A stretch of 64,000 nucleotides of DNA, taken from Octopus vulgaris (lineage: Eukaryota). Below are positions 1-14,017 of this stretch, piece by piece. Every line of letters starts with the position of its first letter. Position 1 is the first letter of the stretch. Both the position numbers and the translations under genes were made by a program. Location of the stretch: assembly GCA_951406725.2 (NCBI GenBank), contig OX597831.1, forward strand, positions 28,954,001 through 29,018,000, read 5' to 3'. The notes beneath the pieces are model-generated. The model was not told where the DNA came from. It did no database searches and worked only from the letters and a program-made list of their open reading frames with translations.

Positions 1-90
1 TACACTACCAGCAGTATATTGGATAGGTACTATTCCTTAGTTGGTTTCTCAACCTCTAAGTCACACAGAAATATATATATCTATGTGTGC

Positions 91-121
<31 letters not shown>

Positions 122-504
122 GATAGATAGATAGATAGGTAGGTAGGTAGGTAGGTAGACAAACAGACAGACATATATTTGACAGGCTTCCACATAGATT
201 CTGTCAATCATATTCACTCACAAAGCACTGGTTGGCCCACACAGGACAGTAGCAGAAGATACTTGTGCAGTGGGACTGAACCTGAAACCACCTGGTTCCA
301 AACCAAGCTTCTTAACCACACAGCCATGCCTGCACCGACACAGCTGTATTTTCTTTATGAAAACTAATTAAAATTACCCAACTTACCCCACCACTAGCAT
401 ACTACTACCACTACTACAATCACTAGTACCACTTACCCCACAACCACCCACATCCAACTGCACCCCTCCCATCTCTCTCTTCTTTTCATCTTATTATTTT
501 CATA

Positions 505-1185
505 ATTACAGTGGTGGTGGTGGTGGTGGAATTTGTGTGGGTAGTAGTGGTATGAATGATGAAAGTTGTGGTGATAGTGTTGGTAGTAGTGGTGGTGGTG
601 GTGGTTGTAGTGCTGATAGTAATACTACCAGTGCTGGTAGTACAGGTGACAGTTGTTGTAGTGGTTGTGGTAATGGTGATGGCAGTCATAATGTGAATAG
701 CCGTATTGGTGGTAGTAGCTGTGATGGTAGAAGTAGCAGTGATATGGGTAGTGGTGTTGGTAGTAGTGGTAATAGTAGTAGTGATATGCATAGTGTTGTG
801 GCGGTAGTAGTAGTAGTAATGATGTGAGGAGTGGTGGTGGTAGTAGTAGTGCTAGCAGTAATTATAGTAGTAGTGGTAGTAGTAGTGTTGGTGGTAGTCG
901 TAGTAGTAGTGGTAATAAGTGAGTTATGGTGTTGGTGGTAGTGGTGTTAGCTGTAGTAGCAGTAGTAGTGATGATGTGGGTAGAGGTGCTAGTTGTAGTG
1001 GTGTTGGTGTTGGTGTAGTGGTGGTGGCAGTGGTAGAAGCAGCAGTAGTGGTGATAAGTGAGTGGGTAGTTGTGTTGGTGGTAGTGCGGCGGTGGTGATG
1101 ATAATAATGGTTGTATTATTAAGCAGTTGTGGTGCTAGTATCTAGTAGTGTCAGTGGTGTAGGAGGTGGTGATGGTGGTGGTATA
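505..1185. repeat. Degenerate (GTG/GTA)n low-complexity tract
   Basis: Seen directly; a similar tract lies at 10810-11190. Confidence 0.9.
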
Positions 1186-4033
1186 TGCCGCAGTGCAACC
1201 ACTGTGTGTCCTGTAGAGGCAGCAGCAGCTGATTGAAGATGTCCTCTTAATATAAGGTTTTACTACAACAACAACTACTACTACTACCACCACTGCTACT
1301 ATTATTACTACTACTAATACAATACAAAGGGGGTAGGCAAGTGGGTAGGTCAATGGTAAGGGTGTGTGCGTGTGTGTGTACGAAGGTGTGTGCATGTGTG
1401 TGTGTGTGCATTGCAGTTTTATTATTATTGACAAGGACATCATAGCTCATCCTCATTGCTAGAAAACAAGAATACTTGTCTCTCATTCACACAAAAGAGA
1501 GAGAGAGAGAGAAGGAAAGAGAGAGGGGGTGGTATTCTGAGAGATCGTAATCATCATCATCAGCATCCTCATCATCATAGCAAACAGACAAGAGGCATGG
1601 AAGGCTTGCAAATATCCTCTCTGTCTTTCTCTTACTCCTTGCTCCATCGCTCACACAGATATTGTTTCTTCATAACCATTATCATAATTGTTGAGGAACA
1701 GGAATGCTACTTTCACTTTCTCTTTCAGTCTCTCTCTCTCTCTCACACACAAACGCATATGCAGAGAATGAGAGAAAGAAAGAGAAGGAAGTGACAATAC
1801 CATCAGATGTGTTTGGTACTAAAACTACCACATAGCAATTAATGAATGTTGCCTCTGCATATACAGACACAAACACACACTCCTTCTCACACACACACAC
1901 ACAGTGCTACATATTATATGTGCCACTGTGCATTGTAATGTAGTATTTATGTATGTGTGTATACAAACACACACACACACACACCACTACATATTGCTGT
2001 GTATTGTGTATGCTACTGTATCTGTTATACATCATACATATCTCTGTAGATATATGCATGTGTGTGTGTGATGAAGATGATTATATTCACACAAATGCTT
2101 ATTGTTAGTACACCTCCACATAGTGCTGTATATATATATATATATATCTGTGGGTGTGTATGTGTATATACACATACATAAACATATAGACATATAGACT
2201 ATTATAGTGTTTGTGTGTTATATATACATGCTTACACACACCACTACAAACTGATATATATATATATATATATATATATCAAATATCACTGGAGTATATT
2301 AGTTTGTGAGAGATAGCAGCCAAATCAGCCACTCATATCAAAGAAACCCTACTATCTTGAAGAGAAAGGGCCACATTGGAAAATGTAGTGCTAGGTATAC
2401 AATATTCTATAGAAAGACAGGATTATCATAGCTGGAAAACATATTTAATCATAATTCTGGTCAAAGCAAGTTCACCAACGACTAAACAAGTTGAGCACTG
2501 TATAAAAATAAACAATTATAAATCAAAAAGATGTGTTGCTATTCTAGACTCAACACAAACCACTGTTTCCTGACTTATGCCATATTTTTAGCCAGGAAAT
2601 TCTAAACATTCATCTATTTTCATCATCTCTACTGTGTCATCATCACCTCAGATTGTTCTGGTTCTAATGAATATGCAGGTTTATTGGCTGAATAAGTTGT
2701 TGTAGATGTCCTTCCTACTGCTAGCCACTCAGGCATGAAACTAGAGTGGAAAATGTCAGTGAAAGGTAATTGCTAAAAGTAAGGACTAAGGTTGATAAAC
2801 ACATCATCATCATCGTTTAACGTCTGCTTTCCATGCTAGCATGGGTTGGACGATTTGACTGAGGACTGGCAAACCAGATGGCTGCACCAGGCTCCAATCT
2901 TGATCTGGCAGAGTTTCTACAGCTGGATGCCCTTCCTAATGCCAACCACTCCGAGAGTGTAGTGGGTGCTTTTACGTGCCACAGGCACGAGGGCCAGTCA
3001 GGCGGTACTGGCAACGACCATGCTCAAATGATGTTTTTTACATGCCAAGTAAACAGTGGTCTGTAAGACTTTCTTATGGCACACCAAATGAAAAATTATC
3101 TTCATATTTTTTTGTAGTGCAGCTCATCTGATGCTGAGCCAGTTCTCATGTAGAACACTCCTCAAAAGAAAGTTGCCCGTGCACGGTATATAGCATCAAA
3201 GCAATGTGAAATTAGGTGCTTGTTATTTTGTTTTTTATTTTCTTTGTTTATGCTCAAGAACACAATGCACTGTCCAGCCTTGGAATTGAAACCTTAATCG
3301 TATTTCTTTACTGCCACAAGGGGCTACACAGAGAAGGGACATACAAGGACAAGCAAAAAGGATAAAGTCGATTATATCAACCCCAGTGCGTAACTGGTAC
3401 TTAATTTATCAACCCTGAAAGGATGAAAGGCAAAGTCGAACTCAGCAGAATTTGTAGCAGAATGTAGCGGCAAATGAAATACTGCTAAGCATTTTGCCCA
3501 GCGTGCTAACGTTTCTGCCAGCTCGCCGCCTTGAATTGAAACCTTAATCTTGCAATCGTCAGTGCAATACCCTATCCACAAGGCTACAACTGATATATAG
3601 CACACTGTGTAGCACTTGTACAAGTAATGCCAATTTAATGGAGAAAAAGAGAGAGAAAGTAGTCTAATATACAACACAAATATTTGATCACTAAACAAGC
3701 CATCTGTGTAGGATGCTTAGCAAAAAGCTGCAGAACCTTTATCTGTTATTTACAACAGGAAAGTTCCATTACATACCACCAACATCTCTAACAACATTTG
3801 CTTCGCAGGTTTTCTATCCATCATTCATTTCAATTTTGTGTTACTGCATCTATGGGGGATGGGGGGGGGGGCATCTTCACCAGAACTAATTCCACCACTG
3901 CTTCCTTTAATATCCCTCTGACCCACATATCTTCCATTATCAATGCTCAACATACATCATCCACACCCTTGTTGCAGTCATCTCTCCTACATTCATCAGC
4001 TGTGCTCATTTGTGCTCCAGCTTCCATAGCATT

Positions 4034-4286
4034 GTGGAGGCGCGTGGCTTAGTGGTTAGGGTGTTGAACTCATGATTGTAAGGTTGCGGTTTCGATTCCT
4101 GGACCAAGCGATGCGTTGTGTTCTTGAGCAAAACACCTCATTTCACGTTGCTCCAGTCCACTCAGCTGGCAAAAATGAGTAATGCTGCGATGGACCGACG
4201 TCCCGTCCAGGTGGGGAATTTCTATGCTACTGAAACCGGGAAACTGGCCCTTATGAGCCTGGCATGGCTCGAGAAGGAACATTTAT
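4034..4286 (+). mobile_element. tRNA-derived SINE with TSD
   Basis: A box tggcttagtgg, B box gtttcgattcc, TSD catagcatt on both sides. Related copies at ~31670 and ~33707. Confidence 0.8.
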
Positions 4287-4790
4287 TTCATAGCATTACT
4301 CATCACCTGCTGGTCTATGGAACACAGACCATCAATTTATACATACATACATACGTCCATCATCACCATCATTTATCATCCCTTTTCAATGCTGGCATAT
4401 GTTGGACAGTTTGACAGGAGCTGGTAAGGCTTGGGGCTGCACCAGACCCCATTGTCTGTTCTGCAATGGTTTCTACGGTTGGATGCCCTCTCTAATACCA
4501 ACCACTTTACAGAGTACACTGGGTGCATTTTATGTGGCACTATCATCAGTGCTTCTTCATCATAATCATCATCCTTATTTAGCATCCAGCTTCCATTCAG
4601 GCATAGATTGGATGTTTCAACAGGGTTTGACAAGCGTTGTGCTCCAGTAGCTACTTTGGCATGGTTTTTATATCTGGATACCTTTCCTAATGCAACCACT
4701 TTATAGAGTGTACTGGTTGTTTTTTTTTCCATTTTTTGGGGCAGCAGTAATAGTGAAGATTGCCTCATAACTTGTAGTTTTAAGGGCCTA

Positions 4791-5336
4791 AGGTGGCCCC
4801 TGTAATGGAGGGAGAAAAGAAGAGATCAGGTGTGATGATATGAGGCAGTGAGATAACAACATGAGAAGGGAACAGGATTACAGGTGGTCCCTGTAATGGA
4901 GGGAGAAAAGATTAGATCAGGTGTGATGATATGAGGCAGTGAGATAACAACATGAGAAGGGAACAGGATTACAGGTGGTCCCTGTAATGGAGGGAGAAAA
5001 GAAGAGATCAGGTGTGATGATCTGAGGCAGTGAGATAACAACATGACAAGGGAACAGGATTACAGGTGGTCCCTGTAATGGAGGGAGAAAGAAGAGATCA
5101 GGTGTGATGATATGAGGCAGTGAGATAACAACATGAGAAGGGAACAGGATTACAGGTGGTCCCTGTAATGGAGGGAGAAAAGAAGAGATCAGGTGTGATG
5201 GTATGAGGCAGTGAGATAACAACATGAGAAGGGAACAGGATTACAGGTGGTCCCTGTAATGGAGGGAGAAAAGAAGAGATCAGGTGTGATGATATCAGGC
5301 AGTGAGATTACAACATGAGAAGGGAACAGGATTACA
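4791..5336. repeat. ~91-bp minisatellite, six near-identical copies
   Basis: Unit aggtggtccctgtaatggagggagaaaagaagagatcaggtgtgatgatatgaggcagtgagataacaacatgagaagggaacaggattac. Confidence 0.97.
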
Positions 5337-6118
5337 GTTGTTAGTGGTGAGAGTAACAGACTAGTAGAGCTGACACTAGAGTGGAGTATGAAGTGTGGAG
5401 TGGAGTATGAAATATGGAGTGTAGAATGAGGAGGTAAGAGATGAAAAAAAAAAACAAAGACCAAAACGAAAATAAATATAACAATGTTAACAACAATGAT
5501 AAGTAGTAACAAGAACAACAATGATTATATCTGTAAGTGAAGGTTCAGTTTGTTTTTGTAAGGCTGAGGGACAAAGCAGAGCAAACCAAATTATGAAAGA
5601 CCAAACCAACAACAACAACAACAGAAGTCAGAAAGATGGTAATTAAAAAGATAAACAAAACAAATATAGATACAACAAATAACAGAAATGCCATAATAAG
5701 AGGTCATCAGAAATGTTTCTATTACAAGATAGGAGAAGGCGGAGGTGTCCCTTGGTGTTAGCTTCTGGTATTTCTAAATAATGAAAGGGTTGGTTACATT
5801 ATAAAGTCCTATCTTTGAGGGCACCCCCCACCACCACCATACTCTTACTGTTAAGACTATACATAACCATTGCTACCACCATCACCTTCATTAGTAATGC
5901 TCCCTGTATGGAATGGTGGTGGTGGCGGTGGCGGTGGTGGTGGTGGTGAATGGTTAAGGAAAGACAGAGATGGACCCCTTACAGAGAAATTAGAAAAGCG
6001 AAGATTCCTCAGGCAGGACGGATGTGACGGCACCATGACTATAATTACCAGTCAATTGACAAACAGACAGACAGATAGAGACCTGTGGGGTGTCTGTGAC
6101 AGTTATCCAGGCATACCG

Positions 6119-6236
6119 CTAGCAATGGCTCAACATTTCTATGTTAATTAACAGGCCGCGGAACTGATGCGTTAACAATGTGTCAAATATGTGGTTGGCT
6201 GCCGCCTGGATCTCTGATCTGATATTATTACGACTA
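6119..6236 (-). CDS. Candidate alternative terminal exon (SSRNNIRSEIQAAANHIFDTLLTHQFRGLLINIEMLSHC*)
   Basis: Acceptor ttgctccctattatag (tandem TAGTAG), open in the phase-2 frame, helical-looking peptide, CpG-retaining unique sequence. Confidence 0.45.
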
Positions 6237-6958
6237 CTATAATAGGGAGCAACTTCCCTTACACACACACAAACACATATACATAGAGACACATTTGCAT
6301 AAGCATACATGTACATACAAAATACATACATAGACACACAAATATACAAATGCATACAGATACGCATACCCTTATAAGCACACATACACAAACACGTGCA
6401 TACAGATGTACATACATACACAGAGGCACATGTGCATAGACATATATACACACAGACACACATGGGGATACAAAGACAAACACACAGCACACACACACAT
6501 ATACATACACAAACACATTTACATAAGCATACATGTACATACATACATAGACACACACACATGCATACACACACACACAAACTCAACAAAAATAAGATTC
6601 TAATGATTTCTAAATTTTGAACCAAAAAGGTCAAAGATGTAGACTGAAGTGACCCTAGGAGGATGAAATTAATATAGACCACATTGGGATTTGAACACAA
6701 AATCTACACATTAGCACAGTAATTAACAGCACCATTAATAATAGTTTCAAATTTTGGCACAAGGCCAGCAATCTTAGTGAGAAACTATAAGTTGATTACA
6801 TCACCCCCCGTCAATGCTTAACTGGTATGTTCTTTATTCACCCCCAAATGGATGAAAAGCAAAGTCACCCTCAATGGTATTTGAACTCAGAAAACATCTG
6901 TAACAGGAAGAAATACTGCTAAGCATTTCGCCTGGCACGATGCTAATGGTTCTTTTAA

Positions 6959-7105
6959 CCCTTAAGTATTTAAACCAGATATACCTGGCCAAAATCATTA
7001 GGTAATTAGAACATCAAGATCTTGAAGATATGAGATAATGATTAATTGAAATCAATGTGAATCAATAAGCATCATGTTTGATAGAATAATCAGGACACTA
7101 AAGGG
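6959..7105. mobile_element. piggyBac-like MITE (shorter copy of the 25669 family, opposite orientation)
   Basis: TTAA-cccttaagt ... actaaaggg-TTAA. Confidence 0.7.
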
Positions 7106-7238
7106 TTAAGGAAGCAAGCTGTCAGAGGCTTCTGCCTTAACAGAACTGTTAATAATCCTATCTACTATGGGTACAATGCCTGAAATGTGGGGGTTTGTGG
7201 GGAAAGAACTAGTCAATTACACTGATCCTGATGTTCTA

Positions 7239-7578
7239 GTGAAGGTGCATGGCTCAGTGGTTAGAGCGTCGAGCTTATGATCGTGAGGTTGTGAGTTCGA
7301 ATCCCGGACCGGGCAGCATGTTGTGTTCATGATCAAGACACTTTATTTCACGTTGCTCCAGTTCACTCAGCTGTAGAAATGAGATGTGACGTCACTGGTG
7401 CCAAGCTGTATCAGCCCCTTTGCCTTTCCCTTGGATAACATCAGTGGTGCGGAGAGAGGGGAGGCTGGTATGCATGGGTGACTGCTGGTCTTCCATAAAC
7501 AACCTTGGCCCGACTTGTGTCTGGGAGGGTAACTTTCTAGGTGCAATCCCATGGTCAATCATGACCGAAGGAGGTCTC
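7239..7578 (+). mobile_element. tRNA-derived SINE (family B)
   Basis: gtgaaggtgcatggctcagtggttagagc...gttcgaatcc head. Other copies near 27863-28197(-), 44275-44612(-), 46309-46648(-), 46670-46911(+), 53335-53675(-), 59778-60095(-). Confidence 0.88.
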
Positions 7579-8125
7579 AATGTGGTGTTCCACTGGTACT
7601 TATATTATTGACCCTCAAAGGATGAAAGGCAAAGTTGACCTCAGAAGAATTTGAACTTAGAATGCAAACCTCAAAGAAATTCTGCAAAGAATTTTGTCCA
7701 GTGTGTGCTAATGATTCTGCCAGCTTGCTGTTTTGCCAGTACCATTAATAACGATGACTGTATTAATTGGTGAGACAATTTAGGAGAGAGGGTACAGGTT
7801 AAACCCCAGCGCATGACTGGGACCTTACTGTTGATATTGTAGATATGTCACATCTTGCTGTATGCTACACAAGACACAAACCATTGCACAAAGATGTCAT
7901 TGGGCTACAAACATTCCTGTAGATGAAAGCATGGCTGTGAAGTTGAGAAGCTTGCTACCGAACCATGTGGTCTTAGGTTCAGTCCCAATGTGCAGCACCC
8001 AGGGCTACTAGTGTCTTTGACTACAGCCCTGGCCTAGCCAAAGCCTTGTCAGTAGATTTGGTAGTTGGCAAAGGAAATTGTGTGGATGTTCATTGTATAT
8101 GTATATATATATATATATATATATA

Positions 8126-8709
8126 CGAGCAAAACGCTCCATGTCTAATGGACGGTGCCGAGCTGTCAAACATTTAAACCAAATTCTCTCAAAACAGCTT
8201 GTCCGATCGTTCCATAGGCCTCCCCTTTGAGAAACACTGATTTAACCTAAATTTGAGACACCAGCAAAAGAAGAAATAATGATAGACGTTTTTTTTCTAT
8301 TCCAAAGAAAAACGATTTTATTCACACAAATAGGCAACCGAAGAGTTTAAAGTACCAGTAATGATAAGGCTGTTGACTGGGAGAACACAAGCATGGTTTA
8401 AACAGTAAGCTTGGCAGGAAAGAAATGTGCCTTTAAACAGTACAAAAGCAACAACTGCATGTGCATTTTTCTCGTGTGTGCGTAGTATTGATCATAACAG
8501 CTGATGTACTTGCATGTACAAATGCATGTTCCCACGGCTTTATCGATCACATTCTCACCTGGAATCGATTTTTGCAATTTTTTCAAGACTTATACATATC
8601 CTGATGCCATCAGTATCTACATATCAAATTTGAGAGCAATCAGATGGAGGATGCCCAAGATTCTAGAAGACACACACACAGACAGACAGAACAGATTTTA
8701 TATAATAGA
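8126..8709 (-). mobile_element. Non-autonomous Helitron-like element
   Basis: Minus-strand 5' TCtattatataaaatc followed by (CTGT)n, 3' CTCG after a short hairpin, A|T target. Confidence 0.55.
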
Positions 8710-9224
8710 TAATGTATATATGTATGTATGTATGTGTGTCTATTTGCATTGTATTTGTTCCCTACACTGCTTGATAACCAGTGCTGGTTTGTTTATGTCC
8801 TTATAACTTAGCAGTTTGGCAAAAGTGACCTATAGAATAAGTACCAGGCATGAAAAACAGGCACTGGGGTTGCTGACAAAACCCTTCAGGACAGGGCACC
8901 AGCATGAGAGCAGCTGTAATTTCAAACATAAAGGAATGTAAATACATTTGGAAAGGAATTTCTCTGGTATCCTGAAGTTATGTAGAATAAAGTGTTTGTT
9001 GCTAAAACCACATTGCAACACTACTTACATAACTGTGACAATGTTGCTGTCACACAAACATCATAGACCAGATTACAATACTGCTTACATATCTGGTACA
9101 GTGCTGTTGTTACATACACAAGCATCATAAACCACATTATAATACTGCTTACATATCTGGGACAAGCCCTTTGTTTCATGAGTGTATTCCTTATTATCTT
9201 TCCAAGACACCATTCACTTAACAA

Positions 9225-9615
9225 TCATCATCATCATCATTTAATGTCCGTTTTCCATGCTAGCATCGGTTGGACAGTTCAACTGGGGTCTGGGAAGCCA
9301 GAAGGCTGCGCCAGGCCCAGTCTGAACTGGCTGGATGCCCTTCCTAACGCCAACCACTCCGTGAGTGTAGTGGGTGCTTTTTACGTGCCACCTGCACAGG
9401 TGCCAGACGAGGCTGGCAAACGGCCACGATCAGATGGTGCTTTTTACGTGCCACCGGCATGGGGGCCAGATGAGGCTGGCAACGGCCACAATCGGATGGT
9501 GCTTTTTACGTGCCACCGGCACGGAGGCCAGTCGGGGCGGCGCTGGCAACAGCCACGTTCGGATGGTTCTCTTAAGTGCCACTGGCACTGGTATCACAAC
9601 TACAATTTCCATTGA
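9225..9615 (-). mobile_element. Family D retroposon with (GAT)n tail and RTE-like motif ggttggcgttaggaagggcatccagc
   Basis: Dispersed copies at 2801-3045, 12608-12800, 18967-19225, 40360-40700, 56660-56945, 57616-57800, 63116-63272; internal ~56-bp subrepeats. Confidence 0.75.
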
Positions 9616-10213
9616 TGTTGATCGATTTCGATTTTGAATTTTAGAAAATGAGTAACCCCCGGTGAGATTTTTAAGTTTCACCCTGCCATCTCTTTCATTG
9701 TATTTTTGCGAGTATTATCAACATAAACCCTAAATACTTTCTTGTTCTGTTTTTCCCATCTTAATGTCGATGTCCTTTCGTCTTAATCCTAGGTCATGCA
9801 TTTCTTTAATTTCCAACATATTCTTTCACTCATGAAAACTTATCACACGTTCACAGTCCTTGTCTCTAATTTCGTCTTTCTATAAAACCAGGAACCATCC
9901 CTCCCTCCCTCTTGCGTGTTCTCTTAAAATCAAATCCAATCATGCCGTACCCTCATGACTCTACTTTATTACTGCAACATAGCTTTGGAGCATGAGCAAT
10001 TTCTTCAAGCCTACTTTCACTTTCCAGTCAATAACATCATAAGGTAGACTTAATATTTTTTCTGATAAAAATCTAGACAGATGATAAATTCAAAGTTCTG
10101 CAGAAACCCGGCTGGTTGGTTCAAACTGGAAGCTGCCAAATTTTGGTGAAACTTGACAATCACTGTCTATTTTGTATAGACACACACACACACACTTGTA
10201 TGTAGGTATGTAG

Positions 10214-10258
<45 letters not shown>

Positions 10259-11689
10259 CTGCATGTGTATATGTATCTATACGTATCAAGGTATGTATAC
10301 ATGCATGTGTATATGTGTGTGTGCATGTATATATATATATATATATATACGCATGTATGTACACATGAACAAGTACACACAAACACACAGTCATAGTGGT
10401 TGTGGTGTAGGTGGCAGATGTGGTGTTATTGATGAAACAGAAATGGGATGGAGATGTGTTTAATGTGGTGGAATGTGTGTGAGTGTGTGTGTGTGTGTGT
10501 GTGTCGGTGAGTGCATGTGTGAGCGATGTCGGAGTAGTGAGAGAGGAGAGGGAGAAAAAGGAGTGGTGTGGAAGCATACACTGAACATGTATTGATTAGT
10601 AAATGGAAAGAGAGAGAGAGAGAGTGAGAGAGAGAGGAAGGAAGGAAGGTGGTGTTGATGGAGGCGATGCATCAGTATCATCCTCATCATCACCATCCTC
10701 ATCGTTGTCAAAGATCTGTAATGGAGAGCTAGACTACCGAGTTATTGAACCATAAAACTCATTCTCGTTCATCAACCTACACTGCCACCACACAACATTA
10801 TTACATTTCAGTGTAGTTGTAGGAGTGGAGGTGGTGGCGGTGGTGGCAATAGTGATGATAGTGGTGGTGGTGGTGATAGTGATGATGGTGGTGGTGGTGG
10901 TTGTGGTGGAGGTGGGGATGGTGGTGGTGGTGGCGAAGACAGTGGTAATGATGGTGATGACAATGATGATGATGCTGCTGACAATAGTGATGGCAGTTAT
11001 GATGACGGTCATGGTGATAATGATAGCCATGTTAAAAAAAGTGTTGGCGCTGATGACAGTTATGATGATGATGATGATGATGATGATGATATCACCAAGG
11101 ATGATGGTGATGATGTTGATAACAGTACAGATGATAGCAATGGTGATTGGAATGTTAATGGCAAAGATGATGATGATGATGATGATGAGAGAATATAACA
11201 TTCTCTCCTCCTTACTATTGCTGTCAGTTATTGCTTAACGGAAACTCTCTCTCTCTGTTTCACTCTCTCTCTCTCTCTGTGTTTCACTCTCATCCCAGTC
11301 AAATGAACCACAATCAATGGTTATGAAAGTTGAAAGCAATCAAAAAATGTATTTAATTCCACCTGTGAAAAAACGGGCACAGAACAGAAAATAAAATCAA
11401 TATATAAACACCATATATATATATATATATATATATGTATATCTCTTTACTCCTTTACTTGTTTCAGTCATTTGACTGTGGCCATGCTGGAGCACTGCCT
11501 TTAGTCAAGCAAATCGACCCCAGGACTTATTCTTTGGGAGCCTAGTACTTATTCTATCGGGTTCCTTTGCCGAACCACTAAGTTACGGAAATGTAAACGC
11601 ACCAGCATCGGTTGTCGAGCAATGCTAGGGGAACAAATACAGACACACAAACACACACACACACACACACATACATATATATACATATG

Positions 11690-11738
<49 letters not shown>

Positions 11739-11875
11739 GTATATACATATGTATATATGTATATACATATGTATATATATATATATATATATATACATAC
11801 ATATATACACACATATACATACACATATATATATATACATATACATATGTGTATCTATATATATATATATATATA

Positions 11876-12073
11876 TTAACAGCGGACCTTGAAGCAATCC
11901 AGAGAAGATTCACAAGGAAGATCGTCTCTTTGCAACAGCTTAGCTACTGGGAAAGGTTGAAACAGCTAAGACTCTACTCCCTGGAGAGAAGACGGGAGAG
12001 GTATGCAGTAATATATATCTGGAAGATCCTGGAAGGATTTGTGCCAAATTTTGGCATTGAAAGCTACACCAAT
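11876..12073 (+). mobile_element. Non-LTR retrotransposon (CR1/L2-like) ORF2 C-terminal fragment inside a (TA)n tract
   Basis: Translates to [51 protein letters not shown], the typical post-RT motif. Confidence 0.88.
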
Positions 12074-12350
12074 TATATATATATATATAATGGCAAGAAA
12101 CTCTCTAGAGAGTTGCACAGCAGACGGTCTTCAGTGAAGAAACCTCCTCCCTCGGGCTGAAACATTTGCCCGATGGGGATTTCTTCACTGAAGACCTTCT
12201 GCTGTTCACCTCTCAAGAGCTTTTTAACACTATATAGACATATACATACATGTGTGTATGTATATGTATATATATGTGTGTGTGTGTGTATATGTACATA
12301 TGTGTGTAGGTATATGTATATATGTGTAGGTATATGTATATATGTGTATG

Positions 12351-12381
<31 letters not shown>

Positions 12382-12573
12382 ATATATATATATATACATA
12401 TCTATACACACACACGCACACACACATTTTATAGATGATGATGATGATATATACATGGTTCCAGCTTTAGTCCCACTGCATAGCATCTTGGGCAAGTATC
12501 TTGTACTACCTCAGACCGACCAAAGCCTTGTGAGTGTTGTTGGTAGAAGAAAACTGAAAGAAGCCTGTCATGA

Positions 12574-12611
<38 letters not shown>

Positions 12612-13494
12612 TCATTGTTTAATGTCTGCTTTCCATGATAGCATGTGTTGGACGATTTGACTGAGTTCTGGCGAACCAGACTCCAATCTGATCTGGCAGA
12701 GTTTCTACAGCTGGATGCCCTTCCTAACACCAACCAGTCCGAGAGTGTAGTGGGTGCTTTTTATGTGCCATAGGCACAAGGGCCAGTTTGGTGGTACTGG
12801 CATAATATTACTCAACCTTCGATATTCGAGTACTATTTTTTTCCACTTTGTTTTGCATTTATGTGCTTACTCATACACACACACATGGGTGTGTGTGCTT
12901 GTGTATGTATATCGTTTGGATATAGGAGTGGCTGTGTGGTAAGTAGCTTGCTTACCAACCACATGGTTCTGGGTTCAGTCCCACTGCGTGGCATCTTGGG
13001 CAAGTGTCTTCTTCTATAGCTTCGGGCTGACCAAAGCCTTGTGAGTAGATTTGGTAGACAGAAACTGAAAGAAGCTCGTTGTATATATTTATGTGTGTGT
13101 ATGTGTGTGTGTGTGTGTGTATGTTTGTGTGTCTGTGTTTGTCCACCAACATCACTTGACAATGGATGCTGGTGTGTTTACATCCCCATCACTTAGCGGT
13201 TCGGCAAAAGTGACCGATAGAATAAGTACTAGGCTTATAATGAATAAGTCCTGGGCTCAATTTCTTTGACTAAAAGTGGTGCTCCAGCATGGCCGCAGTC
13301 AAATGACTAAAACAAGTAAAAAGAGTAAAAAAAGAGTAAAGAGAGTATATATATGCACACACATACATGTGTGCCTGTATGTTAGCATATACACGACATC
13401 AACTGCAACATTGAGAATAAGAAGATCAAGATTGCTGACAAGATATCACAGAAATGAATCTCTGAGTTAGAGACAGGAGTGGCATGCATGTGAG

Positions 13495-13684
13495 TCAGTG
13501 AGGTGGATGTGTGGTGAAGCTGTTGGAAAGCAGCCTGACATATGTGATAAGTTCAAATGATGTTGTTGGCACTACTTCAACCCACGTTTTACAACACATT
13601 GATCTCTGATACGAAGGTAGACTTGTATCAACCACTATCTCATACCTACACTGTGCTACTGGAAAAGCAGATTTTGAGATTAAT
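13495..13684 (-). CDS. Candidate alternative terminal exon (RLISKSAFPVAQCRYEIVVDTSLPSYQRSMCCKTWVEVVPTTSFELITYVRLLSNSFTTHPPH*)
   Basis: ttgaacag acceptor, 62 open codons in the phase-2 frame inside a unique island. Weak pyrimidine tract. Confidence 0.3.
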
Positions 13685-13733
13685 CTGTTCAATTTACATC
13701 AAGTTTGAGAAAAACTGAAGGTTTAATACATTC

Positions 13734-13776
<43 letters not shown>

Positions 13777-13841
13777 GGAGTAAAAACATAAATGTGAAAC
13801 AAGGTGGAAAAAAGAGTACTCAAATACCAGGGGTGGAGTAA

Positions 13842-13972
13842 TATGCTTTATTTAAAAGCAACATAAATTCAACAAAACCTGTTACTTGGAGTTTCACGTT
13901 CCCGTTCGTCGGACGGTTTTTGTGAAACTCTGAGTAACAGGTTTTGTTGAATTTCTGCTGCTTTTAAATAAA

Positions 13973-13978
<6 letters not shown>
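13842..13978. repeat. Hairpin with ~55-bp arms containing a degenerate hammerhead core on the minus strand
   Basis: ctttatttaaaagca..gagtttcac / gtgaaactc..tgcttttaaataaag. Confidence 0.85.

Positions 13979-14017
<39 letters not shown>

Noticed and set aside
486-827. Thr-rich and Gly/Ser-rich ORFs (also 10825-11238)
   Set aside because: Trinucleotide low-complexity tracts open on both strands; no splice or homology support.
4791-5336. CRISPR-like regular array
   Set aside because: Whole units repeat with no unique spacers, and the context is eukaryotic.
7239-7312. tRNA-like sequences with A and B boxes (many sites)
   Set aside because: Each is followed by a SINE body and lacks a proper acceptor stem; these are SINE heads, not tRNA genes.
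12121-12202. Palindrome containing CTGAAGA on both strands
   Set aside because: A real short hairpin, but no downstream GAAA/UH in hammerhead geometry.
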